Part shown: piece by piece, positions 27,241-35,890 of the stretch
How the letters are laid out: every line of letters starts with the position of its first letter
Numbering within the stretch: position 1 is the stretch's first letter
Virus record (IMG/VR): IMGVR_UViG_3300027747_002221
Coordinates: 62,001-126,000 of that record
DNA length: 64,000 nt
Strand: one strand, 5' to 3'
Made by a program: the position numbers and the translations under genes
Notes under the pieces: model-generated
What the model was told of the DNA's origin: nothing
Database searches by the model: none
The model's input: only the letters and a program-made list of their open reading frames with translations

Positions 27241-27680
27241 TACATCATGCCATTAGTAAACTTCTGCCATTCAATAGCATTTTTAATATCCCAACCTCTA
27301 CTATTGATGGAACGAATAATTTGTTCTAACTGATATAATACTGTTTTAAAATATTCTACTTTATCTTGCAGGATAACCAAATCTGCATCTACAGTTAAAA
27401 ACTCATCCATTTCATTTTTAAGAGGTTTATTACCTTGCCATTGGCTCCAATTCTCCTCTTCTAATTCTGCTTGTGTCATCTCACCTCTATAATACCGATA
27501 CTTTTTGCGTCGGCAATTTAAATAATCAGATTCAGTTTTACGAAGATTAAGGCGTGTAGAGGAAAGTAGATTCAAATATTTTGCATGAAGGTTAGGAGTT
27601 TTTATAGACTCCTGACCCAAATTCAATTCATTGATTTTACAATCCGCTTCCCAAGTATCTTGCAACTCAGTTAATTTCAT
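27240..27680 (-). CDS. uvsY: UvsY recombination mediator
   Basis: D..I....L..ES...P.LH.KY, YY.G, R...IKNAIEW.KF. Confidence 0.93.
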   Translation of the reverse strand: MKLTELQDTWEADCKINELNLGQESIKTPNLHAKYLNLLSSTRLNLRKTESDYLNCRRKKYRYYRGEMTQAELEEENWSQWQGNKPLKNEMDEFLTVDADLVILQDKVEYFKTVLYQLEQIIRSINSRGWDIKNAIEWQKFTNGMM

Positions 27681-27696
27681 AATATAATGCCTTCAA

Positions 27697-28590
27697 TTAA
27701 CCGACTTGGATAATTTGCTGAGGATTGCCTTGGAAGTTGAATGAACCATAGTGGTTCAAGCTGATAGATGGGTCAAGCCAAATTTCGCCGCCCATATCTT
27801 GCCATCTGCGTGAGAAGGTATAATCTTCAGACAAATACCGCTTGTCCTTCGGATCAATCATAGTATCAAAGAATGCATAGAAGTGAGGATTCAACTCTGG
27901 GGGAGTATTTAAATCGTTGTTATACTTAAGCTCAGGATAATGTACAATCATTTTATCGATAACTTCACGCTTAATCATCATAAAGCCTGTAGCACCATCG
28001 TGTAACCGAATTAAACCATTCTCAATAGCAATTTGTTTAGTATCGCGATTTAAGAATTTAAAGTTGATAGCATAGTCACTACCGAAAGAAGCGATCTGTT
28101 GATCTGAATATCCTTCATCCTTCAGTCTAACTGACTCGCGAATACGCTGCCAATTTACACCCTTCTTAGGATAAGCACCAACTGCTACTTCCTTATTGTG
28201 TGCAATTAATTTAATTACATCCTCAACTTGGAATTCAATGTCTGCATCAATAAACATTAAGCGAGTAAAATCGCTTTGTAGGAAATAAGCAACAAGTACA
28301 TTACGTGCTCTTGTTACTAATGATTCATTTGCAATAGTACCAAATGCCACGGGGATTTGATGTTGGTTGCAGAATGTTAACAATCTAATTGTTGAGCGGA
28401 AATATGCTTCTGTCAACATTCCACCATAACAAGGGGTTGCTATGAAGAGTTTTTCTTTTCGCAAATCATCTAATTTAACTTCCAATTTATTTTCGTTTGG
28501 ATTTGCTGGGGGTGTTAGTGTTGTTGGCACTTTAGGCAATGCAGGCACCTTTGGCAAAGCCATTGGTGTAATCTTCTTTTTTGTATTCAT
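27697..28590 (-). CDS. GT-A-fold glycosyltransferase-like protein with Pro/Lys-rich N-terminus
   Basis: IATPCYGG, ESL..RARN, FIDADI (DxD), YLSEDY.F..RW, HYG. Confidence 0.75.
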   Translation of the reverse strand: MNTKKKITPMALPKVPALPKVPTTLTPPANPNENKLEVKLDDLRKEKLFIATPCYGGMLTEAYFRSTIRLLTFCNQHQIPVAFGTIANESLVTRARNVLVAYFLQSDFTRLMFIDADIEFQVEDVIKLIAHNKEVAVGAYPKKGVNWQRIRESVRLKDEGYSDQQIASFGSDYAINFKFLNRDTKQIAIENGLIRLHDGATGFMMIKREVIDKMIVHYPELKYNNDLNTPPELNPHFYAFFDTMIDPKDKRYLSEDYTFSRRWQDMGGEIWLDPSISLNHYGSFNFQGNPQQIIQVG

Positions 28591-28607
28591 AATAACTCCA
28601 AGTTATA

Positions 28608-29192
28608 TTATAAGGGTTCTACTTCGAAAATAGTATATTTGAACGATGCTATCGCTGTAAAATATTCTACACTTCCTGATGCTATATCAAAGTCCAAAGC
28701 GGACAACGATGTAGGGAACAGGTTTTTAAATATTATATTTACTTTTGCTGTGTTTGTCGAGTCTAAAATCGTTAAAGTTGCATCCGAGTATGCCAAAATA
28801 TCTGAGGTACCATTTGTATTTGTTACAAACGGAAATCTACTTGGCCTATCTTTTACAAAGGTTGAGAACTGGTTATAGTCTTTGGGGAAACCTATAGCCA
28901 CTATCCATCTATATAATTCAAGATAATTTGACATATCTTCCGAAATCAAAAATCTAATTGCAAGCTCACCAAAATTAATCTTATCACCGATAGTAGGAAT
29001 ATCAACAAACGGGGTAGGTTGAACCGCATATCCTAGTTGTATATCTGGAATATTTGCGGATTGACAAGTAAAGGAAACATTAGGTATATCTTTGACACCA
29101 AATCTAAACGCATTTGGTCTTAAATAATCATAAGTTTTTGGTAATGAGTTATAAAAATTACTTTGTAGATTGTTGATGTTTGCTGTATACAT
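28608..29192 (-). CDS. 3: Tail completion / tube terminator gp3
   Basis: L.P..F.F, F.CQS.NIP, GDK..F..L...FL..E.M.NY, SDATL.IL, FP.SL..L.F. Confidence 0.88.
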   Translation of the reverse strand: MYTANINNLQSNFYNSLPKTYDYLRPNAFRFGVKDIPNVSFTCQSANIPDIQLGYAVQPTPFVDIPTIGDKINFGELAIRFLISEDMSNYLELYRWIVAIGFPKDYNQFSTFVKDRPSRFPFVTNTNGTSDILAYSDATLTILDSTNTAKVNIIFKNLFPTSLSALDFDIASGSVEYFTAIASFKYTIFEVEPL

Positions 29193-29213
29193 AAGCTTCC
29201 TTGTTATCTAATA

Positions 29214-29221
29214 TATTTATA
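29214..29221 (-). promoter_or_regulatory. T4 late promoter TATAAATA (gp3)
   Basis: Exact motif upstream of gp3. Confidence 0.8.
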
Positions 29222-29237
29222 GCCTGTGCAAAGGCAG

Positions 29238-29262
29238 AAAAAGGGGGAATTGCTTCCCCCTT
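29238..29262 (-). terminator. Rho-independent terminator after gp23
   Basis: Minus strand AAGGGGGAA-GCAA-TTCCCCC-TTTTT. Confidence 0.9.
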
Positions 29263-29289
29263 AAATTCCGATCTACGCCGGCTACTTAA

Positions 29290-30591
29290 TTACATTAAGT
29301 TTACAACCTTAGTCTTGCGATAATATTGGTTGCGACCAGCAGTAAATCTGTCTGCATCTGCGTCTGATAAAGAATCGCTAGATGTAACATATGGGTTAGC
29401 AATCAAACCATAACGTGTCTTAAAGCCAATCTTTGGTTGGAAGCTGTTAGGATCGATAGCACGAACCATCTGTAGAGGCACATATGGGCAATAGAACATA
29501 CCTGCGTCATATGGGCTAGTACCCTTATAACCAACCATATAGAACTGATTAGACGCTCCAAGGTTTGCAGAATAAGGATCAATGTAAACACGATAACGCC
29601 CGTTCAATACACCTGCGAATGTGTTGCCTGTATCGTCAACATTTAAGTTTGTCGATAGAGCCGGAGTATAGTCTAGAACACCAGACATAGCTAATGCACT
29701 TGCAACGTCTGCGGAACAAACGATGAAGTTACCTTTTCCTCTACGAGTATCTTGTGCAATGTGGTTGGCATCACGTTCAATGTTAAACAATAGACCTTTG
29801 AAACGTTCAACAGACCAACGTCCATTAGAGTCAATGTCTAAGTCAAATGTTCCTGCTGTTGCTGTTGCAGGTGAACCTGTTTTAGCAACGCCATAAATTG
29901 TACGAACAACTTCGCGATTAATTTCAAACATAAATTCTTGTGACAAGATGTTTGACAATTCTGCTTCTGCGTCAAGCCCGTGAATTGCTTTTAAGTCTTG
30001 TGCTAATTCAACAGTGTACTCTGCCTTCAACGCACGTGACTTAGCAGTAACTGTTGTCTTGTCAATTGAGAATGACATCTCATTAAATTGACTTGCAGCT
30101 TCCATAGATGCTGTAGAAACGGCATTGCCTGTAGTGTATGTGCCAAATACTGGGTTAGAACCAGAATGAGCTGGTAATGAACCTGTACCTGGAATAGAAC
30201 CAGAGAATGATGTATTGGCTTCGTTGAACAATGCCTCAACTCTGTTAGTAGTATCATTACGTTCTGTTTTGTAGATTGATCTCATTGCGAAGATCAAGCC
30301 TGTTGGGCCAGTCATTGGTTGAACACCGCAAATGTCATAAGCCATTAGGTTAGGCATAGCACGACGAACCAAACCGATTAAGATTGGGTCATATTTGTCG
30401 ATACCTGCTGTTGCGCTAATGTTGTTTGCTGGAGTCTCGAACAATGCTTGACGCTCTTCGCGTAAAGATTTTTCTTGGTTCTCTAACAATACAGCTGTAA
30501 CTTGACGCTTGTAGTTGTCTTTAATTTGTGGCAGGTCCGGATGATCCAGAATTGCTGACCACTTTTGTTGAATATTCTCTGATAAAAACAT
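29290..30591 (-). CDS. 23: Major capsid protein gp23
   Basis: LLENQ, LVRRAMPNL.A.DICGVQPM.GPTGLIFAMR, SRALKAEY..ELAQDLKA.HGLDAE, FQPKIGFKTRYG. Confidence 0.98.
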   Translation of the reverse strand: MFLSENIQQKWSAILDHPDLPQIKDNYKRQVTAVLLENQEKSLREERQALFETPANNISATAGIDKYDPILIGLVRRAMPNLMAYDICGVQPMTGPTGLIFAMRSIYKTERNDTTNRVEALFNEANTSFSGSIPGTGSLPAHSGSNPVFGTYTTGNAVSTASMEAASQFNEMSFSIDKTTVTAKSRALKAEYTVELAQDLKAIHGLDAEAELSNILSQEFMFEINREVVRTIYGVAKTGSPATATAGTFDLDIDSNGRWSVERFKGLLFNIERDANHIAQDTRRGKGNFIVCSADVASALAMSGVLDYTPALSTNLNVDDTGNTFAGVLNGRYRVYIDPYSANLGASNQFYMVGYKGTSPYDAGMFYCPYVPLQMVRAIDPNSFQPKIGFKTRYGLIANPYVTSSDSLSDADADRFTAGRNQYYRKTKVVNLM

Positions 30592-30629
30592 TTAATGTCT
30601 CCTTGTTGGTAACTGTTTGAACTTATAGT

Positions 30630-30637
30630 TATTTATA
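30630..30637 (-). promoter_or_regulatory. T4 late promoter TATAAATA (gp23)
   Basis: Exact motif upstream of gp23. Confidence 0.85.
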
Positions 30638-30639
30638 AG

Positions 30640-31776
30640 TTATGATCTTTTGATTGTTCTTGATAAGGCTTGTGCATAAGTCGAAACAACATCATTGCCT
30701 GAATAGACTTCAGTTGGTGCGATTTCTTCTATAAGCGCTTGCTTTGCTGTTTCTTTTGTTACAATAGCGCCGCGTGGGAAATAATTTTCTTTAATAACAG
30801 ATACTTTTTCTTTATAGAAATCTGCATTATCGAACTCTACACCCTCTAGAAGTTTTGCTAATTTGTTAGCCTCAGTATCTGCTAGATCTTTAGACATTTC
30901 CTTAATGATAAGTTTCTTTCTTAGATCTGTTACTTCGGTATTTAAATTAACATTATTTTCCAACTGACTGTTTAGTCCTTCTTCCAACTCCGTTACTTTA
31001 TCTTGCAATTCACTAATTACATCATATTTTTCTTCAGGCACTTCAATGTAGTGTTCTTTGAATAGGGCCTTTAGACCTGACATGAAATCTTCGGCAATCT
31101 CTGAACGAAGACCACTCTCAACAGCCAATTTATTTTCTTCTAAGTAATTCTCAACAACATAGTTGAGATACGCGTCAATTTTTTCCACAACGCCTTCGGT
31201 GTATACTGTAAATTCTTCAGCAAATTTTTCTTCCAATGCTGCTGATACTTTTTCCATTTCGTTATTAACGCGAGCAATAACTGCTGCTTCAAAAATGGAT
31301 GTTGCTTTTTCTCTAAAGTCTTCCGATAAATCATCGCCAAAGATTGGGGAAAGATCAATAGGTTCAACAGTAGTTTCTGTTGTCTCTTCGTCCTCCACTT
31401 GTTCTTCCTCAGCTACAACTTCAAGATTTTCTTCTTCAGCTTCTTCTTCATGAATACCTGTATTCTGAGGAATTTGGCTTAGATCTTTTACTGTTGTGAA
31501 GTTTGGTGCTGCACCTACAGGGCCTTTCATCTGGATATTATTTTTAGATATACCCTTGGCTGCAATGGCTCCTTGATTAACGTCATTTTGTTGACGTGTA
31601 TCAAAGCTAGCATCGTCTGAATCGCCTTGTCTTGGCTGACTACTATCGCCAGAGTTGGCAGCTTTAATTGTGGAATCTTTTTGCTTGGTAGGAACCATAG
31701 CCCCAGCTTCTTCATTAACTGAAGTTTTTGCTGTTACTTTTTCTAGCAATTCCTTAACTTTACTTTCTACTGACAT
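30640..31776 (-). CDS. 22: Prohead core scaffold gp22
   Basis: LSE.F..KA..IFEAAV, YL.YVVE..L.EN.LA...GLR.EI.E.F..GLK.LF.EHYI.VP. Confidence 0.93.
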   Translation of the reverse strand: MSVESKVKELLEKVTAKTSVNEEAGAMVPTKQKDSTIKAANSGDSSQPRQGDSDDASFDTRQQNDVNQGAIAAKGISKNNIQMKGPVGAAPNFTTVKDLSQIPQNTGIHEEEAEEENLEVVAEEEQVEDEETTETTVEPIDLSPIFGDDLSEDFREKATSIFEAAVIARVNNEMEKVSAALEEKFAEEFTVYTEGVVEKIDAYLNYVVENYLEENKLAVESGLRSEIAEDFMSGLKALFKEHYIEVPEEKYDVISELQDKVTELEEGLNSQLENNVNLNTEVTDLRKKLIIKEMSKDLADTEANKLAKLLEGVEFDNADFYKEKVSVIKENYFPRGAIVTKETAKQALIEEIAPTEVYSGNDVVSTYAQALSRTIKRS

Positions 31777-31812
31777 TAGTGTCTCCTAAATGTATTGATG
31801 TTCTTCAATTGA

Positions 31813-31820
31813 TATTTATA
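31813..31820 (-). promoter_or_regulatory. T4 late promoter TATAAATA (gp22)
   Basis: Exact motif upstream of gp22. Confidence 0.8.
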
Positions 31821-31827
31821 ATTCTAG

Positions 31828-32478
31828 TTACCTAGACAATTGATTAACAAATTGTTCAAATATTTTTAACTTAACTTCATCCAAGTTTTTCTTAGATGTA
31901 GCCCTTATTTGCTTTTGTGCCGCCTCAATGTGGACTGCTTTCCAAATACCATTTTCGAGTATCCATTCTGCAGATTCCATAATGCCTTGAACAAAAGCCT
32001 CCGGTGCAGAAGGATCAGCCACAATATCAACGGTTGCTAGATGAAAGTCATCCTGCACTTCGTTAATCCCATTTGAGTTCATTTTTAACGATCCTAGCCC
32101 TCTAGTCGATACGCCTAAACGAACCTCATTTTCTATTAAATTTCTTGCAATAACACCCATCGGTGTTTCTAAAATTTTTGCCCTACCATATACATCCTTG
32201 CCTTCCATTTTAAGGCTAGTGATTAGGTGGGAAACCTGATGTAAGTTGATTGAAGGATTCTCCGGATGACCTAGTTCTCCGAGAGATCTTTTTTGTCCAA
32301 TTAAATCTTGATACTTGCTTACTTCTCTTTCCATGATATTTCTACCATAAGAACGATTGTTTTTATTTGCAGTATCTGATTGTGCAAAAATTCCTTCGAT
32401 GTAAATATTCTTGCCGCCGCCTTCTTTGGCTTCAACTAAGTAATTTACGTCTTGTGCTACTTCTTTAATTAGTCTCAT
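31828..32478 (-). CDS. 21: Prohead protease gp21
   Basis: YIEGIF.Q, N.R.Y, GELGHP, GVSTRGLGS, D.VADPSAP.AFV. Confidence 0.96.
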   Translation of the reverse strand: MRLIKEVAQDVNYLVEAKEGGGKNIYIEGIFAQSDTANKNNRSYGRNIMEREVSKYQDLIGQKRSLGELGHPENPSINLHQVSHLITSLKMEGKDVYGRAKILETPMGVIARNLIENEVRLGVSTRGLGSLKMNSNGINEVQDDFHLATVDIVADPSAPEAFVQGIMESAEWILENGIWKAVHIEAAQKQIRATSKKNLDEVKLKIFEQFVNQLSR

Positions 32479-32488
32479 AATTATTCTC

Positions 32489-32893
32489 TTAATGTCTATT
32501 TGATTGTAAATCTGGCCCAGTAAATCCTGCTGGCTTGGATAAAGTCATAAACAATGTTGCACCACCTGCAGGCATTGTTACGTAGATATTTGAACTGGCA
32601 TTTGTAGTATCAGATATTCCATAAGCTTGTGACAGCGACCAGTTATCTGAACTATGCAACATATAAACATTAGCTACAGCAGTTTGAGGTCTCTTAATAA
32701 CAATCGGTGCAAATGATGCATCAGATGCAGACCAAACTAAATTTGTAATAGGTACATTTAAATTAGCCTGTACATCTATAGTATCAGATGATACTGCTAG
32801 GTTCGGCAAATCTATATTAGTAGAACCATCTCCTACAATTTTAATTATAGTTTGTTGCCTAGTATTTTTAAGTATGGTTGTTGTTATTGGCAT
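32489..32893 (-). CDS. Hypothetical virion/head-associated protein
   Basis: 134-aa ORF between prohead core genes and gp21. Confidence 0.65.
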   Translation of the reverse strand: MPITTTILKNTRQQTIIKIVGDGSTNIDLPNLAVSSDTIDVQANLNVPITNLVWSASDASFAPIVIKRPQTAVANVYMLHSSDNWSLSQAYGISDTTNASSNIYVTMPAGGATLFMTLSKPAGFTGPDLQSNRH

Positions 32894-32902
32894 TTTATTC
32901 TC

Positions 32903-33532
32903 TTACTTTTTACGCATCTTTGCTAATATTGCTCCGGCTACACGCTCACCTGCATCATTTGCAATCTTAGAAAAGTTTTTTCCTGGCTTACCTATATCTT
33001 TACCTGCACGAGCAGCCTTTGCTGAATAAGATGCTTCTTCAACAGATTCAACTTCTTCATTATTTGGCTTCTTGCCTGTTTGTGGCACGCCCATTTTCTT
33101 TTGTAAGTTCTTTAATTGGTCTTCATCTGAACCACCAGTTAAAGCCTTTGTTGCTTTCTTTGCCATTGTTTTAACAGCAGTCATTACGCTTTCATCATAT
33201 TTGTTATACTTATCTCTAACTTTATCTAAATCTTTACCCTTTGCCTCTGCATTACGTAAAGCCTTCATACCATCCTTGCCGTATTTCATTATGCCTTTGG
33301 CAGCGCGGCTCATGGTTTTTGTTTCTTCGTCTACTTCAACTTCTTCATTTTTTGATTTACCTTTGGCGCCATAAGAAGCAGCCAAAGCCATTTGAATACG
33401 TTTAGCTTTAGACTTACCAGCAAATTTAGGATTGTCGGAATGCACGAAATCGTGTATATACGTTCCGGCAGGATCCGAGGCTTTTAGTTTCTCTTCTAAA
33501 TAACTCTCTCTGAGTTCTTTAAATTTCTTCAT
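32903..33532 (-). CDS. Putative internal head / prohead core protein (gp68 position), modular and basic
   Basis: MKKFKELRE start; K-rich modules separated by gp21-type V/L-x-E sites. Confidence 0.65.
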   Translation of the reverse strand: MKKFKELRESYLEEKLKASDPAGTYIHDFVHSDNPKFAGKSKAKRIQMALAASYGAKGKSKNEEVEVDEETKTMSRAAKGIMKYGKDGMKALRNAEAKGKDLDKVRDKYNKYDESVMTAVKTMAKKATKALTGGSDEDQLKNLQKKMGVPQTGKKPNNEEVESVEEASYSAKAARAGKDIGKPGKNFSKIANDAGERVAGAILAKMRKK

Positions 33533-33701
33533 GCTCTTCTTGTCCCTGTTCTCTACCAATGTTAGATGCAAGTTCTATTTTCTTTGCATCCAATGCATCA
33601 GTAATTTTTGTTGCCATGATTTCATTAAATTTTTCCATAGCATCAGTTTGCTGATTATTAATAATACTATCTACCATGTGATGAATAACTGACGATTCCA
33701 T
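33519..33701 (-). CDS. Prohead core protein gp67-like
   Basis: 60 aa; A...F...M..KI..ALD.KK.ELA; directly after portal. Confidence 0.75.
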   Translation of the reverse strand: MESSVIHHMVDSIINNQQTDAMEKFNEIMATKITDALDAKKIELASNIGREQGQEEHEEI

Positions 33702-33720
33702 AATTTTTCCTTTACATTAT

Positions 33721-35289
33721 TTATTGAGGCGGTGGTTGTTGATCCTGATCTTGTCCTGGCGGAAGTTGGTTTGGCGGCATACCCGGCATACCAATTTGCG
33801 GCGGTGGAGGTTCAGATTCTATCTGAGTCTTCATAGCTGCAATTTCTTTTTCCGACATTCTTAGTATATTTTTCATAACATAATCTTGACTGTAATATGC
33901 ACCAACAAAAGGTTGAATTTGAGTTAACAGATCAATTCTGTTTCTCATATTCTCAGCATCTTTCATTTCTTCAAAATACTGATCCTGGGTATATCTATAT
34001 TGGATTTTATCCTTTATAATAGTCCAGTCTTTATCAGTCAATACGCCTTTTAGTATTAATTGCGTTCTTAATAAATCGCTAAACAATTCATTAAACTTCT
34101 TGCGCAATCTACCAACAAACTTTGCAAACTTCAACTCATCTCTAGTTATCTCAGTCGCCCTACCAAACGAGATACCTGTCTGTGGTTGCATTCTTGACAA
34201 AGGAACATTCAATGCCTGATATAATTTAGATTGAAAATAATTTACATCTTCAATTTGACCAAGATTTTCTCCTCCGGCCAAGGTGTCAATTTCTGTACCT
34301 CTGCCACCTTCTCTTCTAGGTAACCAAAAGTCCTCAAGTGTAGACATCATCTTACGATCGTCTCTAATTTCACCTGTGTTCGAATCGTACACAATCTTAT
34401 TTCTATATCGAGCCATAATATCTTTTAAATATTGCTCAGCTTTTAACTTAGGTAAATTACCTACGTCAATATAAAATATTCTTCTCTCAGGTGCTCTAGC
34501 TATTCTGTAAATAACTAATGCATCTTCCATCATCTTTAATTGGTTGACAGGCTTAATTGCTCTGTGTAAATGACCAATTACTATATTCTTATCATAATCC
34601 AATAGACCAGATGGCACGAAACAGATTGCATCTGTGTTTATTCTAATACCTTGATTTGCGGTACTAGAATAAGTTGGATTATAAGTTAATCCTTTATCAT
34701 TATAAACAAAAAATTCTTCAACAGATTTAATTAGATCTACGCCAGTATCTCTGTCTTTTTCTTTCTTAACTTCACGTAATTTTTTAATTTTTCTAGGATC
34801 AATTTGAATAAGTTCTAAAACACCTCTTCTTGGATTTTTAGTATCAATGATCTTTTGAAAATATAATCTACCATCTACATACCAACGTCTAAAGATATCA
34901 TAACCTTTATCATTAAAATCTAACAACTGTAGTATCGTGTCGAATTCTTTTTCAATAGTATCTTTAATATCATCAGGTATGTCAAGCATATCTAAATTTA
35001 CTTTGACAATTGCTTCGTCATCTATTGCTGCAATTGCCTCAGTTAAAATTTCATCAATCGCGGAGGTGGTATCTGGATATAATGCGGCTTCTCTATAACG
35101 AGTAATCAGCTCATATTCAGACTTTGTAGTTGCATCCAAGTCAACATACGTACCAAAATATCCACCTGCTTGTACAGTAGACGCGCCATCATCTAATATA
35201 GGTGTGGCGAATCCCTGTTTATTTTTTGTTATCGGTTGATCATCTTCATCATCGCGACCAAAGGTAAAGCCAAATAGCTTAACTGCCAT
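33721..35289 (-). CDS. 20: Portal protein gp20
   Basis: FRRWYVDGR, IKP.NQL.M.EDA.VIYR..RAPERRIFYIDVGNLP, EDFWLPRREGGRGTEI. Confidence 0.98.
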   Translation of the reverse strand: MAVKLFGFTFGRDDEDDQPITKNKQGFATPILDDGASTVQAGGYFGTYVDLDATTKSEYELITRYREAALYPDTTSAIDEILTEAIAAIDDEAIVKVNLDMLDIPDDIKDTIEKEFDTILQLLDFNDKGYDIFRRWYVDGRLYFQKIIDTKNPRRGVLELIQIDPRKIKKLREVKKEKDRDTGVDLIKSVEEFFVYNDKGLTYNPTYSSTANQGIRINTDAICFVPSGLLDYDKNIVIGHLHRAIKPVNQLKMMEDALVIYRIARAPERRIFYIDVGNLPKLKAEQYLKDIMARYRNKIVYDSNTGEIRDDRKMMSTLEDFWLPRREGGRGTEIDTLAGGENLGQIEDVNYFQSKLYQALNVPLSRMQPQTGISFGRATEITRDELKFAKFVGRLRKKFNELFSDLLRTQLILKGVLTDKDWTIIKDKIQYRYTQDQYFEEMKDAENMRNRIDLLTQIQPFVGAYYSQDYVMKNILRMSEKEIAAMKTQIESEPPPPQIGMPGMPPNQLPPGQDQDQQPPPQ

Positions 35290-35311
35290 AATTAAATTCT
35301 TTCATTAAAAA

Positions 35312-35878
35312 TTAAACACTTTGGCCAGACTGCGATAATCCTGTTAAAAGCGCATCTGCGGGGGTGCCAGCAATTGTAAAGGTCTGATACTGGAAAGATG
35401 CGCCGAACGTTGAAATTTGGTCGTTACTACCAAAATCCAATTGCACAGGTCCTATTTCTACGGGAAAGGCATCTCTTAATGTATAGTGTCGTAATAGTAA
35501 ACCATTACGATCCAATTGTCTAATGTCTATAGTGGATTGATAATTTGATGGGTTTTGCGTACCTTCTTTAGTTATTCTATCCTCAATATAGTTCATCCAA
35601 CCCTCTAATGCACTTCTGACAGTAAAGTCGGTGTCGTTAATAATAGAACAACTAAAAGGAGCAAATTCTTTGTCGCCTGCTAGTTTAATTAAACGACCTC
35701 TATAGTAAACCGGAGTAACTCCTAATGTCTGTCCAGGTAATTCTGCGGTAGTTATTAAAAATCGACCGGCTTGCGAAGCATCTCCTGCACCAAATGCAGG
35801 GTATCTGATAGTTACCTCAAACTGATTCGGTCTTGCACCGCCGCCGCCTAATTTAGTTTTAAATGCTGATATATCCAT
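35312..35878 (-). CDS. 19: Tail tube protein gp19
   Basis: GGGARPN.F.V, GR.IK.AGD..F, ND.DF..R..LE.W, QLDR.G, FP. Confidence 0.95.
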   Translation of the reverse strand: MDISAFKTKLGGGGARPNQFEVTIRYPAFGAGDASQAGRFLITTAELPGQTLGVTPVYYRGRLIKLAGDKEFAPFSCSIINDTDFTVRSALEGWMNYIEDRITKEGTQNPSNYQSTIDIRQLDRNGLLLRHYTLRDAFPVEIGPVQLDFGSNDQISTFGASFQYQTFTIAGTPADALLTGLSQSGQSV

Positions 35879-35890
35879 TTGGATCTCCTA

